IMG/VR virus record: IMGVR_UViG_3300011116_000920
Coordinates: 4,368-68,367 of that record
DNA: 64,000 bases
Source of the DNA: a virus
Reading direction: 5' to 3' (one strand)
Below the pieces are notes generated by a model. It did not search any database, was not told where the DNA came from, and saw nothing but the letters and a program-made list of their open reading frames with translations. The first letter of the stretch is position 1, and every line of letters begins with the position of its first letter. Positions 1 through 9,947 of this stretch are shown piece by piece. The translations under genes and the position numbers were made by a program.

Positions 1-119
1 CATCAAAAAATGAAAAAATAGACATTTCAGAAAAGATGTTGAAACATTTTGAAAAGACAAATGATTTTGCTAAATGTATTATAATTAAGAACGCTATAAA
101 AAAAATAAAGCATGTATAG
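1..119 (+). CDS. partial hypothetical protein, C-terminal UVR-like helix
   Basis: Frame 3 is open from the window edge: ...EKMLKHFEKTNDFAKCIIIKNAIKKIKHV*; resembles UVR-type F..xxDY/FxKC helices. Confidence 0.4.
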   Translation, partial: SKNEKIDISEKMLKHFEKTNDFAKCIIIKNAIKKIKHV

Positions 120-525
120 ATTAAAATGGATTTCATCATTAGATAAAGTTTACATGTATTTGGTTGATCCACACACCGGGTATCCACTTACTGTAAAAAT
201 TTATGATTATTTTGAGGATGCTGTAAATGATATATCTAATGATTTATCCAATGTTGTATTACCCGAAGAATGGATAAAGAATGATAAAAAACATGAATAT
301 AAAATTACTATATATGATAATGGATTAAATGTTCAAGATTACATAAAGATATTCTACAATTTTTTAGGAATTACTAGTAGCATGGCGGAACAATTAGCCA
401 TCATTCTAAAAAATAAAAAAGTATTAGATTTTAAGAAAATACAAGATGTAGAACTAATGGGGGAGTATTGTGAAGACTTGATAGCTGATAATATGAATTT
501 TGAAGTAACTGTAACAAACATATAA
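112..525 (+). CDS. protein with C-terminal ClpS-like domain
   Basis: YKITIYDN...AEQLAIILKNK...CEDLIADNMNFEV aligns by eye with the Bacteroidota ClpS core (IVLYNDD...AEQCSLLVHYKG...CxxLLxAGLSAEI). Confidence 0.5.
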   Translation: MYRLKWISSLDKVYMYLVDPHTGYPLTVKIYDYFEDAVNDISNDLSNVVLPEEWIKNDKKHEYKITIYDNGLNVQDYIKIFYNFLGITSSMAEQLAIILKNKKVLDFKKIQDVELMGEYCEDLIADNMNFEVTVTNI

Positions 526-1049
526 TGGGCCTGTTTCAAAGAAAATCTTTTAATCCTAATGGTCGGCCACAAATAAATTTAAGTGAGTCTGAAATAAAAT
601 ATGCGATAGAGAATACAAAATCTTCCGCACAAGCAGCTAGATTTCTTAGAATTTCTCCATCTACCTTTAAAAAATACGCGTCTATATATAAAAATCCTAA
701 TACAGGAGAGACCTGGTATGAGACTTCAAATAATAAGAGTGGCGTAGGCGTTTTTAGAACACCTAAAGCATCTGACTTTTTTTCCGATTTACAAGAAGTA
801 TTAGAAGGTAAGAGAGTGTGTAAAAATAAAACTCATTTCAAAAAGAGGCTACTTATGTCCGGATTAGTCTCAAGTAAGTGTTGTTTATGCGGATTTCACG
901 AAAAAAGACTAGCAGATGAATCAAGTCCGTTTCTCTTAGATCATATAGATGGTAATACAGATAATCAAAGAATAGAAAATATAAGAGTGTTGTGCTATAA
1001 CTGTTATTACATAAACGTAGGAAATTTAATAGGACCCAAAAATTTTTAA
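525..1049 (+). CDS. HNH endonuclease with N-terminal HTH
   Basis: CxxC...LDHIDGNTDNQRIENIRVLCYNC; N-terminal SSAQAARFLRISPSTFKKY helix-turn-helix. Confidence 0.85.
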   Translation: MGLFQRKSFNPNGRPQINLSESEIKYAIENTKSSAQAARFLRISPSTFKKYASIYKNPNTGETWYETSNNKSGVGVFRTPKASDFFSDLQEVLEGKRVCKNKTHFKKRLLMSGLVSSKCCLCGFHEKRLADESSPFLLDHIDGNTDNQRIENIRVLCYNCYYINVGNLIGPKNF

Positions 1050-1051
1050 TT

Positions 1052-1282
1052 ATGATTTCACTAGAATGGAGCGAAAGTATTTTATACAATTCCGCAGAAA
1101 ATACAGAAGATTATAAAACCTATTACAATGAATATTTGTTTAATATTTATCTGAATAGGAAAAATGAATTTACCGGGAAAAGAGAGGAACTAGAAAAATT
1201 TCTCATTTCTCATAAAATAAATCCTGATTTTTCCGAAGTTCAAGAGAGGATAAAAGAGTATATAGAAAATTACACAAAATAA
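1052..1282 (+). CDS. hypothetical protein
   Basis: ORF in a tightly packed operon. Confidence 0.6.
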   Translation: MISLEWSESILYNSAENTEDYKTYYNEYLFNIYLNRKNEFTGKREELEKFLISHKINPDFSEVQERIKEYIENYTK

Positions 1283-1283
1283 T

Positions 1284-1478
1284 ATGACTGAGCAAAAGGA
1301 TTTGGACGCAATGTTTATAGAGCTAGGTAGAATAGAGTATGAATTAAAATACTATATACAAATGGTAGAAAATCATACTTCGCTAAAAAATCAACTTGTA
1401 AATAAGATTGACAAAGCTCTATACTCTGATTTACATAAAGAAGAAAAACCAGAAAAAAATGAAACAGATTTGGGTTAA
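1284..1478 (+). CDS. hypothetical protein
   Basis: ORF in a tightly packed operon. Confidence 0.6.
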   Translation: MTEQKDLDAMFIELGRIEYELKYYIQMVENHTSLKNQLVNKIDKALYSDLHKEEKPEKNETDLG

Positions 1479-1662
1479 AAAACAAGATGTCGAGAAAGTA
1501 AACAACGACATCCTCGTAACAGAATGTAGGCTAGAGGCCGAGTTATCCATATTAGAGTCAGGAGATTCACAATGGGTATCTGTCTATGTAACAGATGAGT
1601 ATCTTACTAGACTAAAAGGAATGTTCACATTAACTGAAAACAAAAAAGTAATACTAGGATAA
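1459..1662 (+). CDS. hypothetical protein
   Basis: Likely start MKQIWV after an A-tract; abuts the next gene. Confidence 0.6.
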   Translation: MKQIWVKKQDVEKVNNDILVTECRLEAELSILESGDSQWVSVYVTDEYLTRLKGMFTLTENKKVILG

Positions 1663-1663
1663 T

Positions 1664-2251
1664 ATGGCAATAGGTTTCAAACAATTTGTTCCAAACTTAA
1701 CAAATTACTACACTTTCTCAACAGGTTTTTCTGACATTGAATTAGAAGCCATCGAAAGATTAGCTGATAAAGTGCAATCTCAAAATGCATCTGTATTAGG
1801 ATCTCCTGATGATATCAACGAATACCGGAGAAGTACTATCAAATGGCTACCAAGTAACGAAGAGTACGCTTGGATATATGAAAAACTATTTCGTTATGCA
1901 GAAGAAGCCAATAATACTATGTGGCAATTCAACATTGGCGACAACGTAGAGAATATCCAATACACCATATATAATAGCGAAGACGCAGGAATGTATGACT
2001 GGCATATTGACTGTGGTGGAACACCTCCTGTATGTTTTAGGAAAATTTCTATTACGGTACAACTAACGGGCCCAGAAGAGTATTCTGGCGGGGATTTAAT
2101 TCTTAAATACGGTAAACACGACACGATTATACCAAAAAATAAAGGACGGGTCGCTATCTTCCCATCCTTTATGCTACATCGTGTTACTCCTGTAGAATCT
2201 GGAATTAGAAAATCCCTTGTTCTTTGGTTAGGAGGTTTGCCATACAGGTAA
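1664..2251 (+). CDS. 2OG-Fe(II) oxygenase (PKHD/prolyl-hydroxylase-like)
   Basis: YDWHID, RKISITVQL, YSGGDL, FPSFMLHRVTPV, RKSLVLW. Confidence 0.9.
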   Translation: MAIGFKQFVPNLTNYYTFSTGFSDIELEAIERLADKVQSQNASVLGSPDDINEYRRSTIKWLPSNEEYAWIYEKLFRYAEEANNTMWQFNIGDNVENIQYTIYNSEDAGMYDWHIDCGGTPPVCFRKISITVQLTGPEEYSGGDLILKYGKHDTIIPKNKGRVAIFPSFMLHRVTPVESGIRKSLVLWLGGLPYR

Positions 2252-3787
2252 TTATTTGATAGTATAAATTATTTTATTGCCTATTTCATCTACAGCTTGT
2301 ATTGTATTTATCGTAATCTTTAATGTACTTTGTAAGTGATTAGCTATGTAGCTACAAATATCATGAACATCAGAACCATTTTTTACGAAAACACCATTCT
2401 CGTTAAAGAATTTATCAAAATACTGGCTATAGAAAAACAAAACTTCGTTATAATCTAATAATGTTTTTGTTTGAAGGACTACTTTTTTAATATATATCTT
2501 TTTGTATATTTTAGAATTTGTTAATTTATCTTTTTCAGAAATCGGCAATTTGTTAATATTGAATATGGTTGAATTTGTCTTTTTATCATTCCATGGATGC
2601 TGCACTTTCCATAAAAAAGAATGTGTAGCATCTATTTCTAATGTTAAATTTCTAAATGTAGACCTTTTGCCTGGAATCGGAATTGCAGGCTCCTCAATTT
2701 CTTTAGGAGGATTTACTGGTTGTGGAGTAGGAGCAGTTTTAGAAAGTAATTTATCTAGCATAGGGAAACCATATCCATACTCAATATCTTTCCCTTCCGG
2801 CCCTCCATCTACAGCATTAGTAGACAAGAACGCTATAAGATCAGCCTGATTTTTAATTTCAGGATACCACTTCAATACATGTCCCATAGCAGCTGTACCA
2901 TGAGGAGTAGCCATACTTGTACCATCCCAAGACACATAGCTGTTATTATCTTTAAAAGTAGACCAGATTGAAACACCAGGAGCTATTGCCTCTAGTTCAG
3001 TACCGTATTGAGAGAAATTAGCTCTTCTACCTGTACTATCACAAGCAGCCCAGGAAATGACTTCCTTATGAGCAGCAGGCCATCCTACTACGCCACTTCC
3101 ATCATTACCGGCAGCAGCATTAACAAAAGCTCCCCTTGATATAACTTGCTCTATAGCTCTTGAAATTGCAGGAGTTTCAGATCCACCGCCCCAAGAAAAA
3201 TTATATACCAATAAGTATCCTAGTTTTTTATACTCTGTTTCCCATACATTAGCTGCATGAAGAATTGCATTTACTAACCAATCAGAAGCGCCGGATCCAT
3301 TAGAGTTTAGTCCCTTTTGCGCCATGATGAGATCTTCCGTAGGGGCATTGTTAACATAGGCCAAACCAAGCGGGAATCCATTAGGGTGTTTCCCCATAAT
3401 AGTACCTGCAACGTGGTGGCCATGTCCGTGACCATCGATTCCATTTTTATCGGTCGTATGGTCCAAACAGAATTTTTTTGGAACAAATTGGTTATTTGAT
3501 AGTAGAGCATCGTGATTCGGATATGCCATAGTATCGACAACACAATACAATATCTTACGAGTTGGTTTCTCACCCCTTTTTAATTTTTCTGCAATAAAAT
3601 CTGTTTTCAAAAAACCGTAACCCCAATTACCATCACTGAGGATTTTAGCCTGTAGCGTTGCGGAAATGGGGGTAGGAGGAGGGGGGAGAATAATCTCGTG
3701 ATTCTCCCCTAGAGCATTAAAATATTTAGCAACTAGCTCAAAATTTATTTTTTGAGCAAATTGTATGTCGGATGCGGAAAATTTCAT
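2252..3787 (-). CDS. S8 subtilisin-family serine protease
   Basis: Catalytic triad motifs VVDT, HGHHVAG, GTSMATPH; oxyanion AAAGN. Confidence 0.92.
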   Translation of the reverse strand: MKFSASDIQFAQKINFELVAKYFNALGENHEIILPPPPTPISATLQAKILSDGNWGYGFLKTDFIAEKLKRGEKPTRKILYCVVDTMAYPNHDALLSNNQFVPKKFCLDHTTDKNGIDGHGHGHHVAGTIMGKHPNGFPLGLAYVNNAPTEDLIMAQKGLNSNGSGASDWLVNAILHAANVWETEYKKLGYLLVYNFSWGGGSETPAISRAIEQVISRGAFVNAAAGNDGSGVVGWPAAHKEVISWAACDSTGRRANFSQYGTELEAIAPGVSIWSTFKDNNSYVSWDGTSMATPHGTAAMGHVLKWYPEIKNQADLIAFLSTNAVDGGPEGKDIEYGYGFPMLDKLLSKTAPTPQPVNPPKEIEEPAIPIPGKRSTFRNLTLEIDATHSFLWKVQHPWNDKKTNSTIFNINKLPISEKDKLTNSKIYKKIYIKKVVLQTKTLLDYNEVLFFYSQYFDKFFNENGVFVKNGSDVHDICSYIANHLQSTLKITINTIQAVDEIGNKIIYTIK

Positions 3788-4083
3788 AGTAATTTTTTTA
3801 CTTGTGCTATTTTCTTAAGAGCCATATAATTACCAATTAATTTTGTTAGGCTAAACAATACTAGCTTAACCAATTCAAACCAGTTGATAATTTCTTCTCC
3901 TTCACTATTATACATGACGTTACCATCTTTATCTGTCTTAAAGATGGTTTTATCCATGTTTCGGAAAAATATTTTGAGTATTTCTCTAAACATGTCTTTG
4001 TCAGTTAAACCCTGAGCATTAAATTCTAGAGACTCGTACTCTTCATAGCACTTCTCCATTTGTTCTGTTACTTTGTTATTCAT
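3784..4083 (-). CDS. hypothetical protein with C-terminal hydrophobic helix
   Basis: ORF overlapping the protease start. Confidence 0.55.
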   Translation of the reverse strand: MNNKVTEQMEKCYEEYESLEFNAQGLTDKDMFREILKIFFRNMDKTIFKTDKDGNVMYNSEGEEIINWFELVKLVLFSLTKLIGNYMALKKIAQVKKLL

Positions 4084-4115
4084 AATAGTTCTTTTGAAAT
4101 AAATAGTTATTAATC

Positions 4116-5036
4116 TTAGTTATTTAACCTACGAGGGAAATATAATTTTTTAAATTCCCAATATTCTTTCATGTAATCAGCCCTCATATTATAATCAGGA
4201 CTTGTGTGATACCCGGACTTCATCATGCATTTACACATATTTCTATAGATTTGAATAGCAGGAAGACTATAATCAGCCTTTCTGCACTTATCATATCTAG
4301 GAGCATTGAATACACTAGCCCATACTTTTACACCCTCTTCGGTGTTACTTGCAGAAAAGAACTTTTGTTTCATACTTCTTTTCTTTCCTCTAATATACTC
4401 TATTGTCTTCAGGTTAACCCAATCGTAATTACCTATTTTCTTTATACCACCAGGATTACCGTATAATCTCCATAGTTCTGTTTCAACGCCCACAGAGGTA
4501 GCCTCCAATATAAAGTAAGCATATATAAAAGATACCGGGAAGTCAGTCATGTGATGTACTGCGTAGAAAAGAGAATCGTAGTTATACAATAGATTCAATC
4601 TCCTTAACGTAGTAAGACTTAAACCCTCTAAATTTCTAAATCCTTTCTTACGTAGATAATCGGCAGCTTCTTTATGAGTATACTTCTCAAATTCGTGACC
4701 ATAAGACCTAGAGGCAAATGCTGTGAAAGGAATAGCAAAGGGAACGGACTTACTAGGCTTTGCAGTAGTTCCGTTCCTTTGTATATTCACTTTATTTTCT
4801 ATGTACACTGTATCCTTTACTATCGTATAGTTTGATTTTTCTATATAGACAGTATCATAAACATATTGCACAACATATTCAATAGAACCTCCGGAGAATA
4901 TTTCTTGCTTTTGGTAATCAGATATAGCGGTCCTACTAGTAATAGCGCCCAAGAAAAACGCTGTTACTATTGAAAGCCCGATATAGATAGGCAATCTTTT
5001 ATTCTCCCGTATATAGGTTTCTACTCTTTCTCCCAT
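4116..5036 (-). CDS. membrane-anchored GH73/glucosaminidase-like peptidoglycan hydrolase
   Basis: N-terminal TM helix; FILEA catalytic Glu, NPGGIK, GYHTSPDY (GYxTxPxY motif of FlgJ/GH73). Confidence 0.75.
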   Translation of the reverse strand: MGERVETYIRENKRLPIYIGLSIVTAFFLGAITSRTAISDYQKQEIFSGGSIEYVVQYVYDTVYIEKSNYTIVKDTVYIENKVNIQRNGTTAKPSKSVPFAIPFTAFASRSYGHEFEKYTHKEAADYLRKKGFRNLEGLSLTTLRRLNLLYNYDSLFYAVHHMTDFPVSFIYAYFILEATSVGVETELWRLYGNPGGIKKIGNYDWVNLKTIEYIRGKKRSMKQKFFSASNTEEGVKVWASVFNAPRYDKCRKADYSLPAIQIYRNMCKCMMKSGYHTSPDYNMRADYMKEYWEFKKLYFPRRLNN

Positions 5037-5037
5037 G

Positions 5038-5301
5038 TTAATCTACACTTACGTTTTCTATAGCGTCTATGATTGCTTTAACTTGACGATATGTTTTATA
5101 AACTAGAGAGGCGCTATCAAAAATTGTTACCGACCATTCTCCTTGGGACTTATCTAATTCATCGCTACACTCATTCGTAATCAAACTTATGTATGTTCGA
5201 TCTTTATTTTTTTTGTCAAAGTCATACGCATAGTAATAAACATCAGGTTCATCTGCGTATTCTTTTGTAAAACCTAATAACTCTAATTCTGCTTCTTTCA
5301 T
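5038..5301 (-). CDS. hypothetical protein
   Basis: ORF in operon; L..LGF start common in phage proteins. Confidence 0.6.
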   Translation of the reverse strand: MKEAELELLGFTKEYADEPDVYYYAYDFDKKNKDRTYISLITNECSDELDKSQGEWSVTIFDSASLVYKTYRQVKAIIDAIENVSVD

Positions 5302-5355
5302 CTTTTGTCATTTTATATTACGCCAAATAAAGTTTTAACGAGAGGATTTGGCAAA

Positions 5356-5883
5356 TTATACTCTCTCGATATCATTACCAGGAATCATAGACATATCGGC
5401 CTCCAAATAAGATAACGGCTTCAACATCTTACCATCCGACATCCTATGGAAATAATAGAAATCTTCACCCTCTACTGTACAGGACTTAATTTCAATAATA
5501 TCATCCGTAGTCATTCCATACTTCTTCCGAACGCCTAGCAACTGCGATTCTGCAAGTGACTTTGAGGGCAGGAACTTACTAAAATTACTTTCGTTCACTT
5601 TCTCGACAGCTTCAAGGACCGGAATGTCTAATTGCACTAAGATGCCTAACAATGTATAAATAACATCAACTGCCTCCTTTGCAATGTTCTTCCTGTTAAT
5701 AAGTTCAAAAGCAATGTTATCATTTAAGTCAGAATCATCTAAAGGCATGAACTCATCAATAAATTCAGTGTTTTCATCAAGGAACATAGCTAGCGAGTTC
5801 CTTAAATCCTGCACCGTGGTTTGTTCATGTCGTCCTAACATCTTTTGGAATTTGACAACATCTTCTAATACATCTCTCTTCAT
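5356..5883 (-). CDS. MazG-like NTP pyrophosphohydrolase
   Basis: DENTEF, KEAVDVIY, VNESNFSK, DGKMLKP; probable start MKRDV. Confidence 0.8.
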   Translation of the reverse strand: MKRDVLEDVVKFQKMLGRHEQTTVQDLRNSLAMFLDENTEFIDEFMPLDDSDLNDNIAFELINRKNIAKEAVDVIYTLLGILVQLDIPVLEAVEKVNESNFSKFLPSKSLAESQLLGVRKKYGMTTDDIIEIKSCTVEGEDFYYFHRMSDGKMLKPLSYLEADMSMIPGNDIERV

Positions 5884-6017
5884 CTTTAATGATTTGTGAT
5901 TGTTGATATAATAAAATTTTGGAATGGACATAAAAACATTTTTACACATGCGGACATCTAAGAGGCAGCATGCGAATTAACATTTATTTGTTTGTTTTGA
6001 GAGAGGGGAAAGGTTAG

Positions 6018-6089
6018 TAGCGAGAACCAGAGTCGAACTGATAGTATAGGATCATGAGTCCTATGTGTTAACCATTACACTATCTCGCT
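6018..6089 (-). tRNA. tRNA with CAT anticodon (Met or Ile2), no encoded CCA
   Basis: AGCGAGA/TCTCGCT acceptor, D-arm GTGT-AATGGTTA-ACAC, anticodon stem TAGGA-CTCATGA-TCCTA, T-loop TTCGACT. Confidence 0.85.
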
Positions 6090-6232
6090 ATATTTTAACC
6101 TTGTACTACGGTGGTATAAATTTTACACTCTCGTAGCATCATTTTTATTTTCTTTGGCACCTTTTGTATAGGCACTTCTTTCTTGGCTTTTTCCATATTG
6201 CTAAATTTTAAACAAAGATAAACCAAAAAAGT

Positions 6233-6589
6233 TTAATATGCAAGTTTTTTTTCTCTAATCCACTTATTTATTTTTCTCCGCACATCATATCTTACAAAAG
6301 CAGGCTCTTTACCATACTTCTTATAGCCCAAGTAACCAGCATTTCCTGTACTCATGTAGTAAGTCCATCGGCCATTTACTATAACAAAATTATCGGAGTT
6401 AGGATTTAGGCACTCCACTAAAGAATTTACGAATTGTTTTTGAGACGGAATGGTATCTTCTCCGAACATAAAAGTACCGGATTTGTAAGATGCCCAGGGC
6501 CCGTTGTTTACTAGAATAGAATCTTGATATCTTTGACTTAAAGCTAGAGTGCTAACTAAAAGACAAAGAACTACTAGATAAGTTCTCAT
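6233..6589 (-). CDS. secreted hypothetical protein
   Basis: Signal peptide ending ALS-Q (Bacteroidota-type). Confidence 0.6.
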   Translation of the reverse strand: MRTYLVVLCLLVSTLALSQRYQDSILVNNGPWASYKSGTFMFGEDTIPSQKQFVNSLVECLNPNSDNFVIVNGRWTYYMSTGNAGYLGYKKYGKEPAFVRYDVRRKINKWIREKKLAY

Positions 6590-6642
6590 TGGTTTGATTT
6601 TTAGTATATATATGTACTATGAGTACAATTTTGTGCTTTATT

Positions 6643-6900
6643 TTAAACTTTTTCTTTCATATACTTCATACTTACAAATTTTCCACTTAGGCTACCAAAA
6701 ATATAAGAGGCAATCATATAGAGATTTCCTTGTATCAGAGCATCAATAGAAAAGTAAAGAGAAGCAAGAGATACGACATTTATCATAAGGCTGTTTATTA
6801 AGGATTTATTAATTTGTTTGTTATAGGTATATTGTATTTCAAGCGTCTTCAATATGTTAAAAGAAAATTGAAATATAAACAAAAGTATCACATCCATATT
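6643..6900 (-). CDS. small multi-TM membrane protein
   Basis: Three hydrophobic helices; start uncertain. Confidence 0.55.
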   Translation of the reverse strand, partial: NMDVILLFIFQFSFNILKTLEIQYTYNKQINKSLINSLMINVVSLASLYFSIDALIQGNLYMIASYIFGSLSGKFVSMKYMKEKV

Positions 6901-7465
6901 ATCGGTAATCGTATTTAGCACTGTCATATAAAGCATTCAAGTCATCCATGTTAATATTTTCCTTCGGCCGGACCTCGACAAGTGTACCGGTTTGGCTCAC
7001 AATCTCGACGTACCGCAAGATATCGTGGTAGTGGGTACGAGAAGTAAAGTCATGTATTAAAATCGATTGTACGCCTTTTATGACCGCTTTACAGGCACAG
7101 GCTAATCTAAACCTACCATCCACTAACGCAACATCTATATCCTCGTACTTATCAATAACACTAGAATACAAAGGAAAGTTGTCTTTCTTCTTGTTATCTT
7201 GAGGTCTACCCATACTCTCCCCAGCATTAATGTCAATATGGTGAAACGTAATATCTGGGTGGATCTTTACTGCCTCGTATTGCTTCACCTCGTCTATCCA
7301 CATTTTTTGAGACTCTACCGATACTACCTTCCCCGCCCCATTTTTGCACGCTCGGAAAGTACTACCGCCGGATCCCCACTCGAAGTAAAAGCCCACACCC
7401 CGGACAGCATTTACAAACATTTCCTCCTCATCTTTTTTCATTAATATACCCGGCTCTTTTTTCAT
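6899..7465 (-). CDS. class I SAM-dependent methyltransferase-like protein
   Basis: YFEWGSGGST, VSVES, ALVDGRFR, LIHDF. Confidence 0.75.
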   Translation of the reverse strand: MKKEPGILMKKDEEEMFVNAVRGVGFYFEWGSGGSTFRACKNGAGKVVSVESQKMWIDEVKQYEAVKIHPDITFHHIDINAGESMGRPQDNKKKDNFPLYSSVIDKYEDIDVALVDGRFRLACACKAVIKGVQSILIHDFTSRTHYHDILRYVEIVSQTGTLVEVRPKENINMDDLNALYDSAKYDYR

Positions 7466-7489
7466 AAATTCTTTTTACATGTTTCCTAA

Positions 7490-7835
7490 TTTCTTTCATA
7501 TATAAGTACATTCAGAGAGCATTCTTATTACATCATTATTGCATTTTACATATTATCATCTTTTCATTTTACATTTTATAACATTTTCTCTATATTTACT
7601 TATTATTCTTTTTTTCATTTAATATCTCATGCTTTCTTAAATCTTATTTTTCATTCAATATCTCATGTATTTTAAATCTTATTTTTCATTTAGTACCAAT
7701 CCATATTTCATCTTAGTTTCATGTTATTTTTATTTTATATTTCATGTGTTTTTCATCCTATTTTCATGTATTTTTCATTTTGTTTTCATGTATCTTAAAT
7801 GTAAAAGACATCTGTAGTCATTTTTATTTGTCCGC
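7490..7835. repeat. ~11-bp periodic degenerate repeat (TTTTCATx)
   Basis: Consecutive units catatttcatc/ttagtttcatg/tgtttttcatc/ctattttcatg/tatttttcatt/ttgttttcatg; non-coding, at the strand switch. Confidence 0.75.
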
Positions 7836-8100
7836 GGTTTTTTAAATATTGATTCCCGAGAGATGCCGAAATCGTATAGGGAAAACATAAAGTCTTGGTA
7901 ATTAATAGGTTGCTTAGTTAATTACTTCAAATGGTATATAAATAACTAGTAGGGAAAAAAATGGACCTCGATATGTGAATTGGTATATCCCCGCACCTAT
8001 TTTTTGGCTTTTTTGTGGCTTATGGAAAATAATGGAATGGCTGAAACCCTTATGGTTATTGGGTTTCTGATCAAAAGTCAATTTTTTTGAAAAATAGTGC

Positions 8101-8131
8101 TTGACACCCAATATCTGAAAACCTATCTTTG
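8101..8131 (+). promoter_or_regulatory. Bacteroidota sigma-70-type promoter
   Basis: TTG at 8101 and TATCTTTG at 8124-8131; further promoters at ~8299 and ~8837. Confidence 0.7.
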
Positions 8132-8349
8132 TATCGTTCTTATTGCTTAACGCATGAACACATGTACAAACGTGTACATGAAATTTGAAACGTCGAAAGT
8201 TTATATCTAATGTGTACGAGGAATACACAAAGGATATAAAGGAATAAAAATAATTTAAAAAAAACTTGCAAATAGTTTTTACTTTCAAAAAAAGTTTTTA
8301 GATTTGCATCATCAAATTAATTTTTAACCACTTTTAAAATCTTTTAATT

Positions 8350-8475
8350 ATGAAAAAGCAGGATTATTTAATCATCGCCGTAGGTATCATCATTGCCGCT
8401 ATCTTTTTGGTAACTTTGGTTACCGTAGCACTAACCGTTAATACGGCGAATGCTGGGTTACACATGACCCCTTAA
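8350..8475 (+). CDS. small single-TM peptide (41 aa, not in ORF track)
   Basis: MKKQDYLIIAVGIIIAAIFLVTLVTVAL...; follows a promoter and an ACCACTT leader. Confidence 0.6.
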   Translation: MKKQDYLIIAVGIIIAAIFLVTLVTVALTVNTANAGLHMTP

Positions 8476-8557
8476 TCATGTGCTAAAGGGGGTGCGACCT
8501 TGAAAAAAACGCATGTTTTTTTAATCATTTTTTAATAATTTTTTAAATCTTAATGTT

Positions 8558-8788
8558 ATGTTTAATTTATTAGTTTCATTAACTCACGAACAACTATTTT
8601 GGAGTTTATTAGCTTCAATTGCTATGATAATAGCTTCTTTAGGATATTTTTTGGTATGGCTTGATAAAGTCATGCAAACTGACCCTAATAAAAGGAACGA
8701 AGCTTTATTAATCTTTTGGTTATTTGCACAAGGCTTATTGTTCGCCATTGAGCTTGATTGTATGATTTATTGTATAAATCACGCTTAA
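8558..8788 (+). CDS. small membrane protein
   Basis: Two hydrophobic helices. Confidence 0.6.
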   Translation: MFNLLVSLTHEQLFWSLLASIAMIIASLGYFLVWLDKVMQTDPNKRNEALLIFWLFAQGLLFAIELDCMIYCINHA

Positions 8789-8891
8789 ACTTTTAAAAAA
8801 AACTTGCAAGGTAGTTTCTTTTGTCAAAAAGTTTTTTATCTTTGCACTAACAAATCAATTAACATTTTTTTAATCTTTAAATCTTATTATT

Positions 8892-9224
8892 ATGCAAAAA
8901 GAACTTGAATTGTTTCTTAGAAACGCAAGGATTGTTAACCAATCCAATTCTTTAGTGGAAAAAAACCCCCGTCGCTTCATGCGTGCGGGACAATGGGTAA
9001 CAGAATATACCGTCCACATATTTAATGAAATAGCGGGACTATCCCTAAGGGGAAAAATTTACAATTATGAGGGCGGCCGGGTTGAAACTTTTTTAGTATA
9101 TTCTTGTTATGGAGACCTTTGGATTTCTAAACAAGAGGACCAAAGAAGGTCTAAAATTATGGGGCACCTTAAAAAATATGGTGCCATGTACGAAATTGAA
9201 CCGCCAATAAGGTGGTTCAATTAA
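8892..9224 (+). CDS. hypothetical early protein
   Basis: Own promoter (~8837) and terminator (~9231). Confidence 0.7.
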   Translation: MQKELELFLRNARIVNQSNSLVEKNPRRFMRAGQWVTEYTVHIFNEIAGLSLRGKIYNYEGGRVETFLVYSCYGDLWISKQEDQRRSKIMGHLKKYGAMYEIEPPIRWFN

Positions 9225-9228
9225 AAGA

Positions 9229-9265
9229 AAGCCCTGGACCGGTAACGGTTCGGGGTTTTTTTTTG
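9229..9265 (+). terminator. intrinsic terminator, CCCCGG-NCG-GNAA-CGN-CCGGGG family
   Basis: GC stem plus T-tract; related copies at ~10700, 11377, 12041, 12615, 13258, 13936, 14909. Confidence 0.8.
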
Positions 9266-9403
9266 CCCGGTTCTAACCACCATTAGATCCGGGCTTCGCC
9301 CGACGACGTACAGGGCACCTACCGACAGACCGAACTACAGAAAGACCGACGCACCTACCTAACGACAGGGCATTGGACAGGCGTACATTAGACAGGACAA
9401 TCT

Positions 9404-9947
9404 CGCGGGGCCCTACATACATCAACACATCACACATACACTACATACATCATACATTACATACACATGATACAATAGATGATACAATAGATAGATAACA
9501 TGATAGATAGATATAATAAATAAGATACAATAGAAATATATAATGAATTGCCTGATAAGATATGTACCATGTATATTAGATGTATATTAGATGTTATATA
9601 GATTAAATGATATACCTTATGTTGTATAGATGTTATATAGATTAAATGATGTTATATAGATTAGATGATAGATGTATTAGATGCTATATAGATTGTTTAA
9701 TAAATGTTATATGATTATTAGGATATGTTATTTAAATGTTGTATATTAGATGTATGTTAGATAGATGTATAATAAGAATAATGTATGTTAGATGTTATAT
9801 AGATTAGATGATATAATAGATGATATGTAATAGATGTATACTGGAATAGATTAGTATAGTAGATGTTATATAGATGATAGGATGTATGTTAGATGTTTAC
9901 TGTATGCTGGATGGATGGTATGATAGTTGGTAGAGCCCCGCGGAAAA
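9404..9947. repeat. low-complexity ACAT/TAGATG tract with ~11-nt units, flanked by a 13-bp inverted repeat
   Basis: tagatgtatat-tagatgttata-tagattaaatg units; flanks cgcggggccctac (9404) and gtagagccccgcg (9930) are 12/13 complementary. Confidence 0.75.

Noticed and set aside
7914-8288. 124-aa minus-strand ORF
   Set aside because: Overlaps plus-strand promoters and has no protein-like features.
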